Shown here: piece by piece, positions 18,601 to 26,371 of the stretch
Layout: every line of letters starts with the position of its first letter
How positions within the stretch are numbered: the stretch's first letter is position 1
From: Desulfuromonadales bacterium
GTDB lineage: Bacteria; Desulfobacterota; Desulfuromonadia; Desulfuromonadales; JACZKF01
DNA: 64,000 nucleotides
NCBI GenBank assembly: GCA_041677125.1
Contig: JBAYQP010000005.1
Location: 23,007 to 87,006, forward strand
Direction of reading: 5' to 3'
The notes under the pieces: model-generated
Database searches by the model: none
What the model was told of the DNA's origin: nothing
Seen by the model: the letters and a program-made list of their open reading frames with translations, nothing else
Program-made: the position numbers and the translations under genes

Positions 18601-19577
18601 TCGATCAGATCGACGTCGGTTGGCGACCAGCCGGCCTGCTGATAGGCGGCGCGCATCGCCCGCAGCTGCCCCTCCGAAACCGGCGCCAGCAAACTGCCGC
18701 CGAGATCGCTGGACAGGCCGATGCCGCGGATGACGGCGTAGATGTGGTCGCCATCGCGCACCGCGTCCTCGGTGCGTTTCAAGAGCAGCATGCCGCAGCC
18801 TTCGCCGACCACCAGACCGTCGCCGCGCGCGTCGAAGGGCGCACAGGCGCCGCTTGGCGACAGGGCGTGCAGCTGCGAAAAACCCATCTGGGTGTAGAGG
18901 GAGTCGGGACGGGACAGACCGCCGGTAAGCATGGCGTCGGCGCGCCCGGAAGCCAGTTCGTCGGCGGCCAGCTTGATGGCGTACAGGGACGAGGCGCAGG
19001 CGGCGTCGAGGGTGAAACAGGCGCCGCCGAGACCAAGGCTGCGCGCCAGTACGCCGGCCGGCAGGCCGGCGACCTGGACATTGCGCGGATCGATGCCGGC
19101 GGCCTCGGTGGCCGGCGGTGCGCCGAGAAGCTTCTCGGCGAAGGTGCGGCCGAGCCAATCGCGGGCCAGGGCCGAGGAGGTCTCGCTGGGCAGGGCCAGA
19201 TTGCCGATGATCACCCCGACGCGGGCACGGTCGAGGGGCGCGGTAACGCCGTCGAGAAAGGCCTGACGGCCGGCATGCAGCAGCAGGTGGAAAAGGGGGT
19301 CGAGACCGTTTAGAAACTGCGGGTCGATGGCCAGCCCGTCGAGGGGCAGGGATTTCAGATCCTCCTCGATGAAGCAGGCTTTTTGCGAATACACCTTGTC
19401 GGCGGCGCCAACGGTCGGATCGTAAACCGCCTCCGGCTCCAGCAGCCAGCGCCCCTCGGGAGGACGGCGGGCGGTGTTGACGTTGGCGAGGATGTTCCGC
19501 CAGAAACGATCCAGGGTCGGCGCCCCGGGAAACAGGCCGCCGACCCCGACGATTGCCACAGATTTTCCGTGGTTCAT
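12681..19577 (-). CDS. pfaC: PfaC-type PUFA/polyketide synthase subunit with embedded acyltransferase: KS - CLF - AT - 2x FabA-like DH
   Basis: 2298 aa. KS motif 'TLDAACASSLYA' (Cys codon 18998-18996). A second KS-like domain lacks the Cys ('FTIASEENSGLSALE', ~17.55 kb), which marks it as a CLF. AT motif 'GYSLGESAG' (Ser codon 16190-16188). Two FabA-type dehydratase motifs: 'LVCHFCDDNVMPGTLMYE' (~14.19 kb) and 'FQAHFYQDPVWPGSLGLE' (~12.99 kb). ATG19577 lies 2 nt after the pfaA stop. Confidence 0.9.
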   Translation of the reverse strand: MNHGKSVAIVGVGGLFPGAPTLDRFWRNILANVNTARRPPEGRWLLEPEAVYDPTVGAADKVYSQKACFIEEDLKSLPLDGLAIDPQFLNGLDPLFHLLLHAGRQAFLDGVTAPLDRARVGVIIGNLALPSETSSALARDWLGRTFAEKLLGAPPATEAAGIDPRNVQVAGLPAGVLARSLGLGGACFTLDAACASSLYAIKLAADELASGRADAMLTGGLSRPDSLYTQMGFSQLHALSPSGACAPFDARGDGLVVGEGCGMLLLKRTEDAVRDGDHIYAVIRGIGLSSDLGGSLLAPVSEGQLRAMRAAYQQAGWSPTDVDLIECHATGTPVGDAVEFASLRTLWGEGGWRRGQCVIGSVKSNIGHLLTAAGSAALIKTLLALKHRTLPPTANFETPARGIPLADSPFRIPDQGSDWAVRQKGRGRRAAVSAFGFGGINAHLLLEEWLPKKPARATVAFPPSFQRKNPPVAIIGLGAHFGPWDSLASFQQRVLGNPAEVSPTAPETWWGAEGSRWFAEAGHDRAAVRGYLVPEVGAAPGEFRIPPRELAEMLPRQLLMLKVADAALRDAGLKNEDLLFTGVYIGAGLDLNATNFSVRWGIENQAAAWAQRLGLRPTPEELAAWVADLRDACGPPLSANRTMGALGSIVASRIAKEFRIGGPSFTIASEENSGLSALEVAVRALQEGSINRAVVGAVDFAGDLRAVLGRGANDCVIGEGAAALVLKELEEAQRDGDRIYAVIRGVGSAVGGRPEVPHPDAKACSLALRRTLQEAGCAPDSVGYLEVHGSGIAAEDAVEGAVLPVIFGELPTANTCFLGSVKADVGHAGAASGLASLVKAALCLHRQILPPLRGGDQERPAWPESQRDFRYPAGPQFWLRNRADGPRRALVSGLGSDGGSSHVLLEGWEDKADLCRSGADPAPLGPCGEALFALEGDAVADLLEQIDRLRSFLTEHAAEGVEAAAGRWLAAAPLDGRRKLCLAVVVGSRRELTELLRQGEDWLRRHPEQRLDGHGGGALPGPLRDRLFYNPAPLAGQGGIAFIFPGSGNHFAGMGRELSARWPAIFRRQDLRNRYLARQYRPADFWTQELDEAVHEDHNALVIGQVALGTAVSDLVRSFGIEPQAVSGYSLGESAGLFSFGAWQDRDGMASRLAASTLFTEELAGACLAARRIWGVAPEERIEWLLGLAAVPAEQVRQALPGLDRVYLLIVNTPRECVVGGDRQQVEELVRRLGCHFLPLRGVTTVHCEVARPVAAAYRDLHLFATTPPPGIAFYSGAWGKSYQLSEERIADAILAQALETVDYPRLVEQLYADGIRIFLEMGPGNSCSRMIGRILHDRPHMARSACYPGQDPSSLVLRLLAQCLAERVTVDLGALYPAPSPAAAIATVNRIYAPIGGAPFSVPMPKQTPPAAQRSPMNPISSVDSMKPVKTADSAKSVENAALAPVQRAAAQTAAAHGVYLRFAETVNRAMADNIGLQMELLRKMAANGEEIPLSSQPAPRRETAAAPPPAFDRPMCMEFAVGSIAAMLGPEFAEVDTFPTRVRLPDEPLMLVDRIVAIEGAPRSMTSGRVITEHDVTADRWYLDGGRIPTCIAVEAGQADLFLAGFLGIDFITRGLAVYRLLDAVVTFHRPLPVAGDTIRYDIRIERFFRQDQTYLLRFSFEGTVNGEPLLSMKNGCAGFFTEAELAAGKGIVHTKFDLLPQPGVRPADWRELAAMAVEAYDERQIDALYRGDLAGCFGPLFGQLPIRRPATLPGGKLKLVDRVTHLDPAGGRFGIGLIRAEADIHPDDWFLVCHFCDDNVMPGTLMYECCLHTLRIYLLRLGWVGEADEVVYQPVAGVASQLKCRGQVTEATRRVTYEVSIKEIGYRPEPYAIVNALMYADGQPVVEIGDMSVRLTGLTREKVEGFWAGATDPVSATVPVAAAENRGTALPKNGGTVPVYDYERILAFAVGKPSEAFGEPYRIFDEERRIARLPGPPFQFLDRIVAIAGEPWKLVSGATVAAEYDVPPDAWYFAAGRQPQMPFSILLEIGLQPCGWLAAYLGSALTSPVDLSFRNLDGRAVQHRPVTPDSGTLTTQVKITRVATSGGMIIQGYDFAIHDRRGPVYSGDTVFGFFSREALAQQVGVRDAKPWQPAAGELAGAESFPYPTEAPFPEAKLRMIAHVDAFLRHGGPHRLGYIRGSKPVDPDEWFFQAHFYQDPVWPGSLGLESFLQLLKVVAVDRWGGGGDAVFETVALGAEHRWNYRGQIVPANQAASVEAVITGIDDDQRLLKADGYLSVDGKIIYQMFDFTVRVCG

Positions 19578-19579
19578 GC

Positions 19580-22500
19580 TCAGGCGGCTCCCTGCAGCTT
19601 GTTGCGCTGGAAGCTCTGGTTCAAGGAGGCATCAATGACACACTCGTAGTCTTCAATGCGGGCGACCAGCCGGCCGTCGGCCGGATCGACGAAATCGATA
19701 TCGGCCGTCGCCTTGCTCTCCTGCTGACGGGTGACGCGGATGCGGATTTCGCACCCCGCCGCCGGGAAGACCTCCCGATACTGGCGGTAGCGGCCGGCGA
19801 AAACGGGCAGGGAACCGGCCTGAAACCGCTCAAAGCTCCAAAGGATCATCATCTGGAAGCTGCTGTCCAGGGCCAGCGGGTCGGCGAGCCAGCTGTTGCG
19901 CAGCGGTTGGGCGATCCAATCGGCGGGCGACGGCGCCGGTTTCACCCGGGCGGCTATCCCCTCTTTGCCGCAACCGGCAACCTCCTCGATACCGTGGAAA
20001 TCCGGGCCGTGGAAGAGTCGCTCGGGGCGATAAATCTGGGCGGCATCCAGCGGATAGGGAGAGAGTTCCAGGCGCTCGGCCGCAGCTTTGCCCTCGGGCA
20101 GGCGGCCGGCAAGAACAATCTTCGCCCGCGCGTGCACAAAGGGCTGGGCAATGCCGTCGCCACCGGAAAGCTCCACCGGTACGACGTGGAAGCCGCCGCT
20201 TTTGAAGGCCTTGCCGGTCATGACCTGCAACGTGTGCCGGTGGCCTTCGAGCAGAGTGACGCCCTTGAGGAGGCGCAGATCGTTGAAGCCATGGAAGCGC
20301 AGCCCCGGGTTGTTGTGAATGGCGCCGTGCGCCATCCATTCGATGATCATCGCCATCGGCAGAACCGCCTTCTTGTCCATCACATGCGAGCGCAGGAAGG
20401 GATACTGCTCCACCGTCAGATCGAGATCGAAGGCCTTGGAAATGCAGGCGTTGGCGGCCACCGGGGCAGCCCCCTCGATATGGGCTCCGGCCTTGGCGCC
20501 GGCAATGACCAGTTCGACGGGACCGCCCGGCGCGGTGGCCAACTCGCGCAGCAGATAGTCGGCGCCGGCGGCCAAATCGATGATTTCCACCCCCTCGGCG
20601 GCGAAGATCTTCTTCAGCGCCGGGGTGACCATGCCGCCGTCCCACGGCCCCCAGTTCAGCGACACCACCCGGCAATCCGGCCGGCGGCGCGCCTCCAACT
20701 GGGCCCATTTGTTCAGCACCTCGTTGGCGACGGCGTAGTCGATCTGTCCGATGCGGCCGAAGCGGCCGGTGGAGGAGGAGAAAAGAGCGAGAAATTTCAG
20801 CTCGTCCTCGCCGGCGGCGGCAAGCAGGGCGCGCAGACCGGCGACTTTGGTGGCGTAGACGCCGGCAAACTGCTCGATGGTTTTATCCTCGATGCGGCGG
20901 TCGGCGAGCACTCCGGCGCCGTGCACGATGCCGCGCACCGGACCGTATGCGGCGCGCACCGCGGCAAAGGCCTTCTCGACGGCGAGGGAATCGCGCAGAT
21001 CGACGGGGCGGTAGACGGCGACGCCCCCCGCCGCCTCGATACGCCGCAGGGTGGCGCGGATTTCCCGGTCGGCGACAATGCGCCGGTAGCGCGCCTCGAT
21101 TTCGCGCGGTTTGAGGGGTGCGGACGCTTGGGCGACCACCCCTTTTTTGATCTCCCCTTCCCCGGTCAAACCGGTCAGCCAGGCGGCTTCTTCCGCCTCG
21201 GGAGCGGGCGTGCGGCCGAGAAGGACCAGAGTCGGCCGGCACGCCGCCGCCATGGCGACAGCGATTTCGGCGGTAACTCCGCGAGCGCCGCCACTGATGA
21301 CGACGACATCGCCGGCGGCAATGGGCAGCGGCAACGCCTCGCCGGCCAGGGGGGCGTCGGTGAGCTTCAGGGTGTGCAGTCCACGGGCCGATACTCCCAC
21401 TTCCAGAGGCCCATCGAGGAGCAGTTCGGCGACAATCGTTTCCGCCGATCCCTCGCCGGCATCGGCGGCGAGATCGAGGGCTTTGCAATGCAGCTTCGGC
21501 CATTCGAGAGCAGCGGTCTTGACCAGTCCGGCGAGCCCGCCGGAGAGGGGATCGCCCGGTTCTTCGCCGGGTGGAAGACCAAAACAGCCGTTGAGCCGGG
21601 CAATGCCGGCGAGAAGCGCTGTGCCGCTGGCGGCGGCGGCGCACAGCCCCGGCCCGGCCAGCTGCAGCAGGCGGAAAGCCTGTTGCAAAGAGGCGTCGCT
21701 GGTTCCGGCTTCCGGCGTCAACAGTATGAGACCGACCAGTTCGGCCGGCGGCGCAAGGGCGTCCAGCTGCGCCGGGTCGATCCGCACCGGATTGAGCCGG
21801 CGGGCGGTCAGCGCGGCGCAGATGTCGCCGGCAAGAGCGGAGCCGTCGTCGCCGACCCAGATCGTCGCGCCGGCGGGAAGTTCCAGCGCGGGACGATCCC
21901 CCCGCCCCTGCAGCGGCGCCACCTTGAGCAGCTTGCGGTCGATGCAGGCCGCGCGGGGCGCGCTATCGACGGCGGTTTCGGCGGCGGGCGACGGCCCGGC
22001 GCCGGTGACACTGGCGAGAAAATCGACGATCTGCCGCACCGTCTGCAAGGTGCCGAGGTGTTCCGGACGCACGGCGGGCGCACCGGGCAATTCTTCCTGC
22101 AAAGCGGAGAGAATCTCCACCCGCTTGATGGAATCGATACCCAGATCGGCGTCGAGAGCCATGTCGAGTTCGAGCATCTCCACCGGATAGCCGGTCTTGG
22201 CGGCGATCACCGCCAGCAGAGTGCGGGCGACGGTGTCGCGCGCCAGCGGCGCCGCTGTCGGCTTCTCCGGTTCGGCGGGCGGCTCCGGCCGGCGGCCGCC
22301 GGCGGCGAGAAAATCGACGATCTGGCCGAGGGTCTGCAAAGTGCCGAGATGTTCGGGACGCACGGCCGGCGCTTCCGGCAGTTGCTCCTGCACGGCGGAG
22401 AGGATCTCCACCCGCTTGATCGAATCGATGCCCAGATCGGTATCCAGCGCCATTTCGAGTTCGAGCATCTCCACCGGATAGCCGGTCTTCTCGGCGATGA

Positions 22501-25500
22501 CCGCCAGCAGGACGGCGGCGATCCGCCCGCCCGCCAGGGGAAGCGACGCCGGCGATGCAGCGGCGGCCTGTTGCGCCGAGCCAGCGCCAAGGTGCGCAAC
22601 AATCTGGCCGAGGGTCTGCAAGACGCCGAGGTGCTCGGGACGAATGGCCGGCGCTTCCGGCAGTTGCTCCTGCACGGCGGAGAGAATCTCCACCCGCTTG
22701 ATCGAATCGATGCCCAGATCGGTATCGAGGGCCATATCGAGGTCGAGCATCTCCACCGGATAGCCGGTCTTCTCGGCGATAACCGCCAGCAGGACTTCGG
22801 CGATCCTTTCGCCGGCCACCGGCGCCGCTGCGGGGGCGCCGACCGTTGCCGGCTGACCGTCGCCGAGGTGCTCGACGATCTGGCCGAGGGTCTGCAGGAC
22901 GCCGAGATGCTCCGGGCGAATCACCGGTGCTGCCGGCAGCTGCTCCTGCACGGCGGAGAGAATTTCCACCCGCTTGATCGAATCGATGCCAAGATCGGCG
23001 TCCAGGGCCATATCGAGATCGAGCATTTCCACCGGATAGCCGGTCTTCTCGGCGATGACCGCCAGCAGCACCTCCGCCACCTTGCCGTCGGTGGCCGGTT
23101 GGGAAGGAACTCGGTCCGGGGCCGCAGCCGGTTCGGCAAAGGTAGCGGCAAGCGCCGGAGCGGCTGCGAGCGCCGGGGCCGGGGCCGGGTGCGGCGCCTC
23201 GGCGGGAAACGAAGACGCTCCGACGACGGGTCTCGGCGCTGACGGCACGCCGCCCTGGAAGAGCTGACGCTGCTGTTCGATAAGACCGAGCACGGTGCGA
23301 CCGGCCAGTTCCTGCCCTTCGAGAAACTTCTGATGCAATTGCGCCGTCTGCTCCTGCAAGGTCTGCAACGCCTGCATGCTCTGTTGGGTGAGACGCAGCG
23401 CCTCCTGCAAATTGCCGGCGGGCGCGGCCGGGGCATGCGGCGCATCTCCCATATTTGCCATGCCTCCCACTGCTACCGGCGCCTTCACTGCCGCCTCTCC
23501 CGCTTTCTTCGCCACCGGTGGCCGTTTCGGCGGCGGCTGGAAGTGGTTGGCGCCCGAGATCGGCACGGTCATGCCGGGCTTTTTCTTCTCCGGGCGGTTG
23601 GCCAGCGCCGCCGCTTCGGCGTCCCAGCCACGCAGATCGACGGCATGCCCAAGGGCCGCCAGTTGGGCCAGGGTCCGGGCCAGATCGAGGACTCCGGAGC
23701 GCTTGCCCGCCGAAGCGTCAACAGCCAGCGCCTGATGCTCCTGATCGGCGAGGATCGCCCGGACCATTCCGGTCAACCGGCCGCCGGGGCCAGCTTCGAG
23801 AAAGGTGCGAACGCCCGATGCGTAGAGATTTTGGATTTCATCGACGAACGCGACGGGTCGGGCGAGCTGATTGGCAAGCAGTTGTCGGGCCGCATCGGCC
23901 GATGCCGGATAGGCCTCGCCGGTCGTATTGGCAAAAACCGGGATCTTGGCATCGGCAAAGGGAACATCCCGCAGGCGGGCGGCAAAAGGTCCGCTCGCCT
24001 CGGCCACCAGTTCGCTGTGAAAGGCCGCCGCCACCGAAAGTTCCTTGCAGGCGATTCCTTTGCGCCCGAGAATTTCGGCCGCCTTGCGGATTTCCGCGGT
24101 GGCGCCGGAAAGAACCCCCTGCTGTGGCGTGTTGCGGTTGGCGAGAACCAGAGGCAAACCCTCTTCTCCCAGCAGCTTCTCGATCTCGGCCAGAGGCGAC
24201 GAAACCGCCAGCATCGAACCTCTGTCGCCGGCGCCGGCGGCCATCAATTCGCCGCGCAGACGGGAAAGGGCGTGCAGGGCCGGGCGGTCGAAGCGGCCGG
24301 CGGCGCACAGGGCGGTCAGTTCGCCGTAACTGTGGCCGGCAAAAGCGTCGGCGCGCACGCCGAAGGCGGCGAGAACATCGAGGGCGCCGAGGCTGACCGC
24401 GCCGAGGGCCGGCTGGGCGACTTCGGTGGCCTGCAGACGGCGCTCGTTGGCCGATCGCTGCTCGGCGGTGAAGGCCGGCCGGGGGTGGATAAGTTCGCCC
24501 AGGTCGCCCTGCCCCGCCCCGGCATGAACGGCAAAGGCGGCGTCGGCCTCTTGCAGGGCGTTGAGGAATTCGGGGAAATGCAGCGCCAGATCGCGCAGCA
24601 TGCCGGGATATTGCGCCCCCTGACCGGGGAAAAGGATGGCCAGTCCGCCGGCGGCTGCGCCAACGGACAGGAACACGCCGTCGGGGGTGCTCCAACTCCC
24701 TTCGCCGACGTTATTCTCCAGCAGCGCCAGCGCCTTGCGCATCTGCTCCGACGGATTTCCCTGCTTCTTCTCCAGGGTCAGCAGCAATCGGCATGGGTGG
24801 CGCGGATCGAAAGCGGCGCGGCTGGCGTGCGCCGCCACCCGGATATCGCTCCAGGCCGCCGCAGCGGGAAACCGGTTCATGGCGGCGGTCAACGCACCGC
24901 GCTCCTCGCCGCTGAAGGCGAGAATCTGCATGTCCACCGTCGCGTCGGAAGCCGGCTTGTCCCGACGGTATTCCTCCAGCAGGCAATGGAAATTGCTGCC
25001 GCCGAAACCGAGGGCGCTGACCCCGGCGCGGCGCGGATGGTCGCCACGGGGAATCCAGGGGCGGGCTTCGCTGTTGACGTAGAAGGGGGTGCGGCCGGCG
25101 GTGACCGCCTCCAGCGGCTGCTTGACCTTGATCGTCGGCGGCAAAACTTTGTGGTAGAGGGCCATGGTGGCCTTGATCAGTCCGGCGGCGCCAGCGGCCG
25201 CCTTGGTGTGGCCGATCTGCGACTTGACCGAACCGATGGCGCACCACGGCTGGTCCGCTTCGCCGAAAACCGACCGCAGCGCCTTGATCTCGATGGCGTC
25301 GCCGACTTTGGTGCCGGTGCCGTGCGCCTCGACCAGTTCGATGCTGTCGGGCGTAACGCCCGCCTGCTCGTAGGCGCGGCGCAGAGCTTTTTCCTGGCCG
25401 GCGGCGTTCGGCTCGTAGATCGCCGCGCCTCGGCCGTCGCTGGAGGAGCCGATGCCGCGAACCACGGCATAAATGCGATCGCCGTCCCGTTCGGCGTCGG

Positions 25501-26371
25501 CCAGCCGCTTCAGCACGATGATGCCCAGACCCTCGCCGAGGGTGGTGCCGTCGCCTTCGGCATCGAAGGAGCGGGCGTGGCCGGAGGGGGACAGGGCCGG
25601 GGTCTTGCTGAAACAGGTGTACATGAAGATGTCGTTGAAGGTGTCGATGCCGCCGGTCACCACCATGTCCGTCTTCCCCGCCGCCAGTTCAAGAGCAGCC
25701 AGGTTGAGGGCGCTCAGGGAGCTGCCGCAGGCGGCGTCGCAAACGCAATTGGTGCCGCTGAAATTGAAATGCCGGCTGATCCGCCCGGCGACCACGTTGC
25801 CGAGCAGACCGGGGAAGGAGGTCTCCTGCCAGGGGACGTAGGAGTCGCTGATGCGCCGCATGGCGTCTTCGGCGACCGCATCTTCAACGCCGGCTTCTTT
25901 CAGCGCCACGCGCCAGCGCGGATGCCCAAGGCGCGCGCCCAGGGGAATGACCAGTTCGAGAGTGCCGGTAACCCCGAGGATAACGCTGACCCGCTCCCGG
26001 TCGAACTCCTTCTCCGCTCCGTAGCCGGCGTCCTTGAGCGCCTGATCGACCGCCACCAGACCGAGAAGCTGCGAGGTGTCGGTCGCTTCCAGGGCGTTGG
26101 GGAGGATGCCGTATTCGAGCGGATTAAAATCGACGGGGGACAAAAACCCGCCGTGGCGGGCATAGACCTTGTCCGGCGATTTGGGATCGGCATCGAAATA
26201 GTCCTCCGGCCGCCAGTGGCTCGGCGGCACCTCGGTGATGGCATCGATGCCCTGACGGATGTTGGCCCAGTAAGCGCCGACATTCTCCGCGCCGGGAAAC
26301 AGGCAGCCGAGACCGACAATGGCCAAAGCAGAAGACGAGGGCGGGGTTTGCTTTTCGCGGTTTTTTTTCAA
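19580..26371 (-). CDS. pfaA: PfaA-type PUFA/polyketide synthase subunit: KS - AT - 4x ACP - KR - PKS-type DH
   Basis: KS motif 'CDAACGSSLSALNLA' (Cys codon 25729-25727). AT motif 'GHSYGELTAL' (Ser codon 24331-24329). Four 'LGIDSIKRVEILSA' carrier domains. KR Rossmann motif 'VVVISGGARGVTAEIA' (~21.29 kb). DH motif 'LRSHVMDKKAVLP' (~20.38 kb). The proposed start TTG26371 ('MKKNREKQTPPSSSALAIVGLGCLFPG') overlaps the pfaD stop (TTGA), with AAGGAG ~11 nt upstream. The 62 further codons in the track ORF lie inside pfaD. Confidence 0.9.
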   Translation of the reverse strand: MKKNREKQTPPSSSALAIVGLGCLFPGAENVGAYWANIRQGIDAITEVPPSHWRPEDYFDADPKSPDKVYARHGGFLSPVDFNPLEYGILPNALEATDTSQLLGLVAVDQALKDAGYGAEKEFDRERVSVILGVTGTLELVIPLGARLGHPRWRVALKEAGVEDAVAEDAMRRISDSYVPWQETSFPGLLGNVVAGRISRHFNFSGTNCVCDAACGSSLSALNLAALELAAGKTDMVVTGGIDTFNDIFMYTCFSKTPALSPSGHARSFDAEGDGTTLGEGLGIIVLKRLADAERDGDRIYAVVRGIGSSSDGRGAAIYEPNAAGQEKALRRAYEQAGVTPDSIELVEAHGTGTKVGDAIEIKALRSVFGEADQPWCAIGSVKSQIGHTKAAAGAAGLIKATMALYHKVLPPTIKVKQPLEAVTAGRTPFYVNSEARPWIPRGDHPRRAGVSALGFGGSNFHCLLEEYRRDKPASDATVDMQILAFSGEERGALTAAMNRFPAAAAWSDIRVAAHASRAAFDPRHPCRLLLTLEKKQGNPSEQMRKALALLENNVGEGSWSTPDGVFLSVGAAAGGLAILFPGQGAQYPGMLRDLALHFPEFLNALQEADAAFAVHAGAGQGDLGELIHPRPAFTAEQRSANERRLQATEVAQPALGAVSLGALDVLAAFGVRADAFAGHSYGELTALCAAGRFDRPALHALSRLRGELMAAGAGDRGSMLAVSSPLAEIEKLLGEEGLPLVLANRNTPQQGVLSGATAEIRKAAEILGRKGIACKELSVAAAFHSELVAEASGPFAARLRDVPFADAKIPVFANTTGEAYPASADAARQLLANQLARPVAFVDEIQNLYASGVRTFLEAGPGGRLTGMVRAILADQEHQALAVDASAGKRSGVLDLARTLAQLAALGHAVDLRGWDAEAAALANRPEKKKPGMTVPISGANHFQPPPKRPPVAKKAGEAAVKAPVAVGGMANMGDAPHAPAAPAGNLQEALRLTQQSMQALQTLQEQTAQLHQKFLEGQELAGRTVLGLIEQQRQLFQGGVPSAPRPVVGASSFPAEAPHPAPAPALAAAPALAATFAEPAAAPDRVPSQPATDGKVAEVLLAVIAEKTGYPVEMLDLDMALDADLGIDSIKRVEILSAVQEQLPAAPVIRPEHLGVLQTLGQIVEHLGDGQPATVGAPAAAPVAGERIAEVLLAVIAEKTGYPVEMLDLDMALDTDLGIDSIKRVEILSAVQEQLPEAPAIRPEHLGVLQTLGQIVAHLGAGSAQQAAAASPASLPLAGGRIAAVLLAVIAEKTGYPVEMLELEMALDTDLGIDSIKRVEILSAVQEQLPEAPAVRPEHLGTLQTLGQIVDFLAAGGRRPEPPAEPEKPTAAPLARDTVARTLLAVIAAKTGYPVEMLELDMALDADLGIDSIKRVEILSALQEELPGAPAVRPEHLGTLQTVRQIVDFLASVTGAGPSPAAETAVDSAPRAACIDRKLLKVAPLQGRGDRPALELPAGATIWVGDDGSALAGDICAALTARRLNPVRIDPAQLDALAPPAELVGLILLTPEAGTSDASLQQAFRLLQLAGPGLCAAAASGTALLAGIARLNGCFGLPPGEEPGDPLSGGLAGLVKTAALEWPKLHCKALDLAADAGEGSAETIVAELLLDGPLEVGVSARGLHTLKLTDAPLAGEALPLPIAAGDVVVISGGARGVTAEIAVAMAAACRPTLVLLGRTPAPEAEEAAWLTGLTGEGEIKKGVVAQASAPLKPREIEARYRRIVADREIRATLRRIEAAGGVAVYRPVDLRDSLAVEKAFAAVRAAYGPVRGIVHGAGVLADRRIEDKTIEQFAGVYATKVAGLRALLAAAGEDELKFLALFSSSTGRFGRIGQIDYAVANEVLNKWAQLEARRRPDCRVVSLNWGPWDGGMVTPALKKIFAAEGVEIIDLAAGADYLLRELATAPGGPVELVIAGAKAGAHIEGAAPVAANACISKAFDLDLTVEQYPFLRSHVMDKKAVLPMAMIIEWMAHGAIHNNPGLRFHGFNDLRLLKGVTLLEGHRHTLQVMTGKAFKSGGFHVVPVELSGGDGIAQPFVHARAKIVLAGRLPEGKAAAERLELSPYPLDAAQIYRPERLFHGPDFHGIEEVAGCGKEGIAARVKPAPSPADWIAQPLRNSWLADPLALDSSFQMMILWSFERFQAGSLPVFAGRYRQYREVFPAAGCEIRIRVTRQQESKATADIDFVDPADGRLVARIEDYECVIDASLNQSFQRNKLQGAA
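22010..23085. repeat. Four tandem ~276-291-bp coding repeats (the ACP domains of pfaA)
   Basis: The near-identical block '...gagcatctccaccggatagccggtctt...' / 'atctccacccgcttgatcgaatcgatgcc' recurs. The phosphopantetheine Ser codons fall at ~22131, 22422, 22704 and 22980. Confidence 0.9.

Noticed and set aside
12831-19313. + strand ORFs of 591, 615 and 522 aa (12831..14606, 15489..17336, 17745..19313) and many Arg/Pro-rich minus-frame ORFs
   Set aside because: They are antisense or out of frame relative to pfaC, and their composition is not protein-like. The pfaC frame explains the whole region.
22010-23085. CRISPR-like periodic repeats
   Set aside because: The period is ~280 bp, the repeats lie inside a continuous reading frame, and they encode ACP domains. 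There is no short repeat/spacer structure anywhere in the window.
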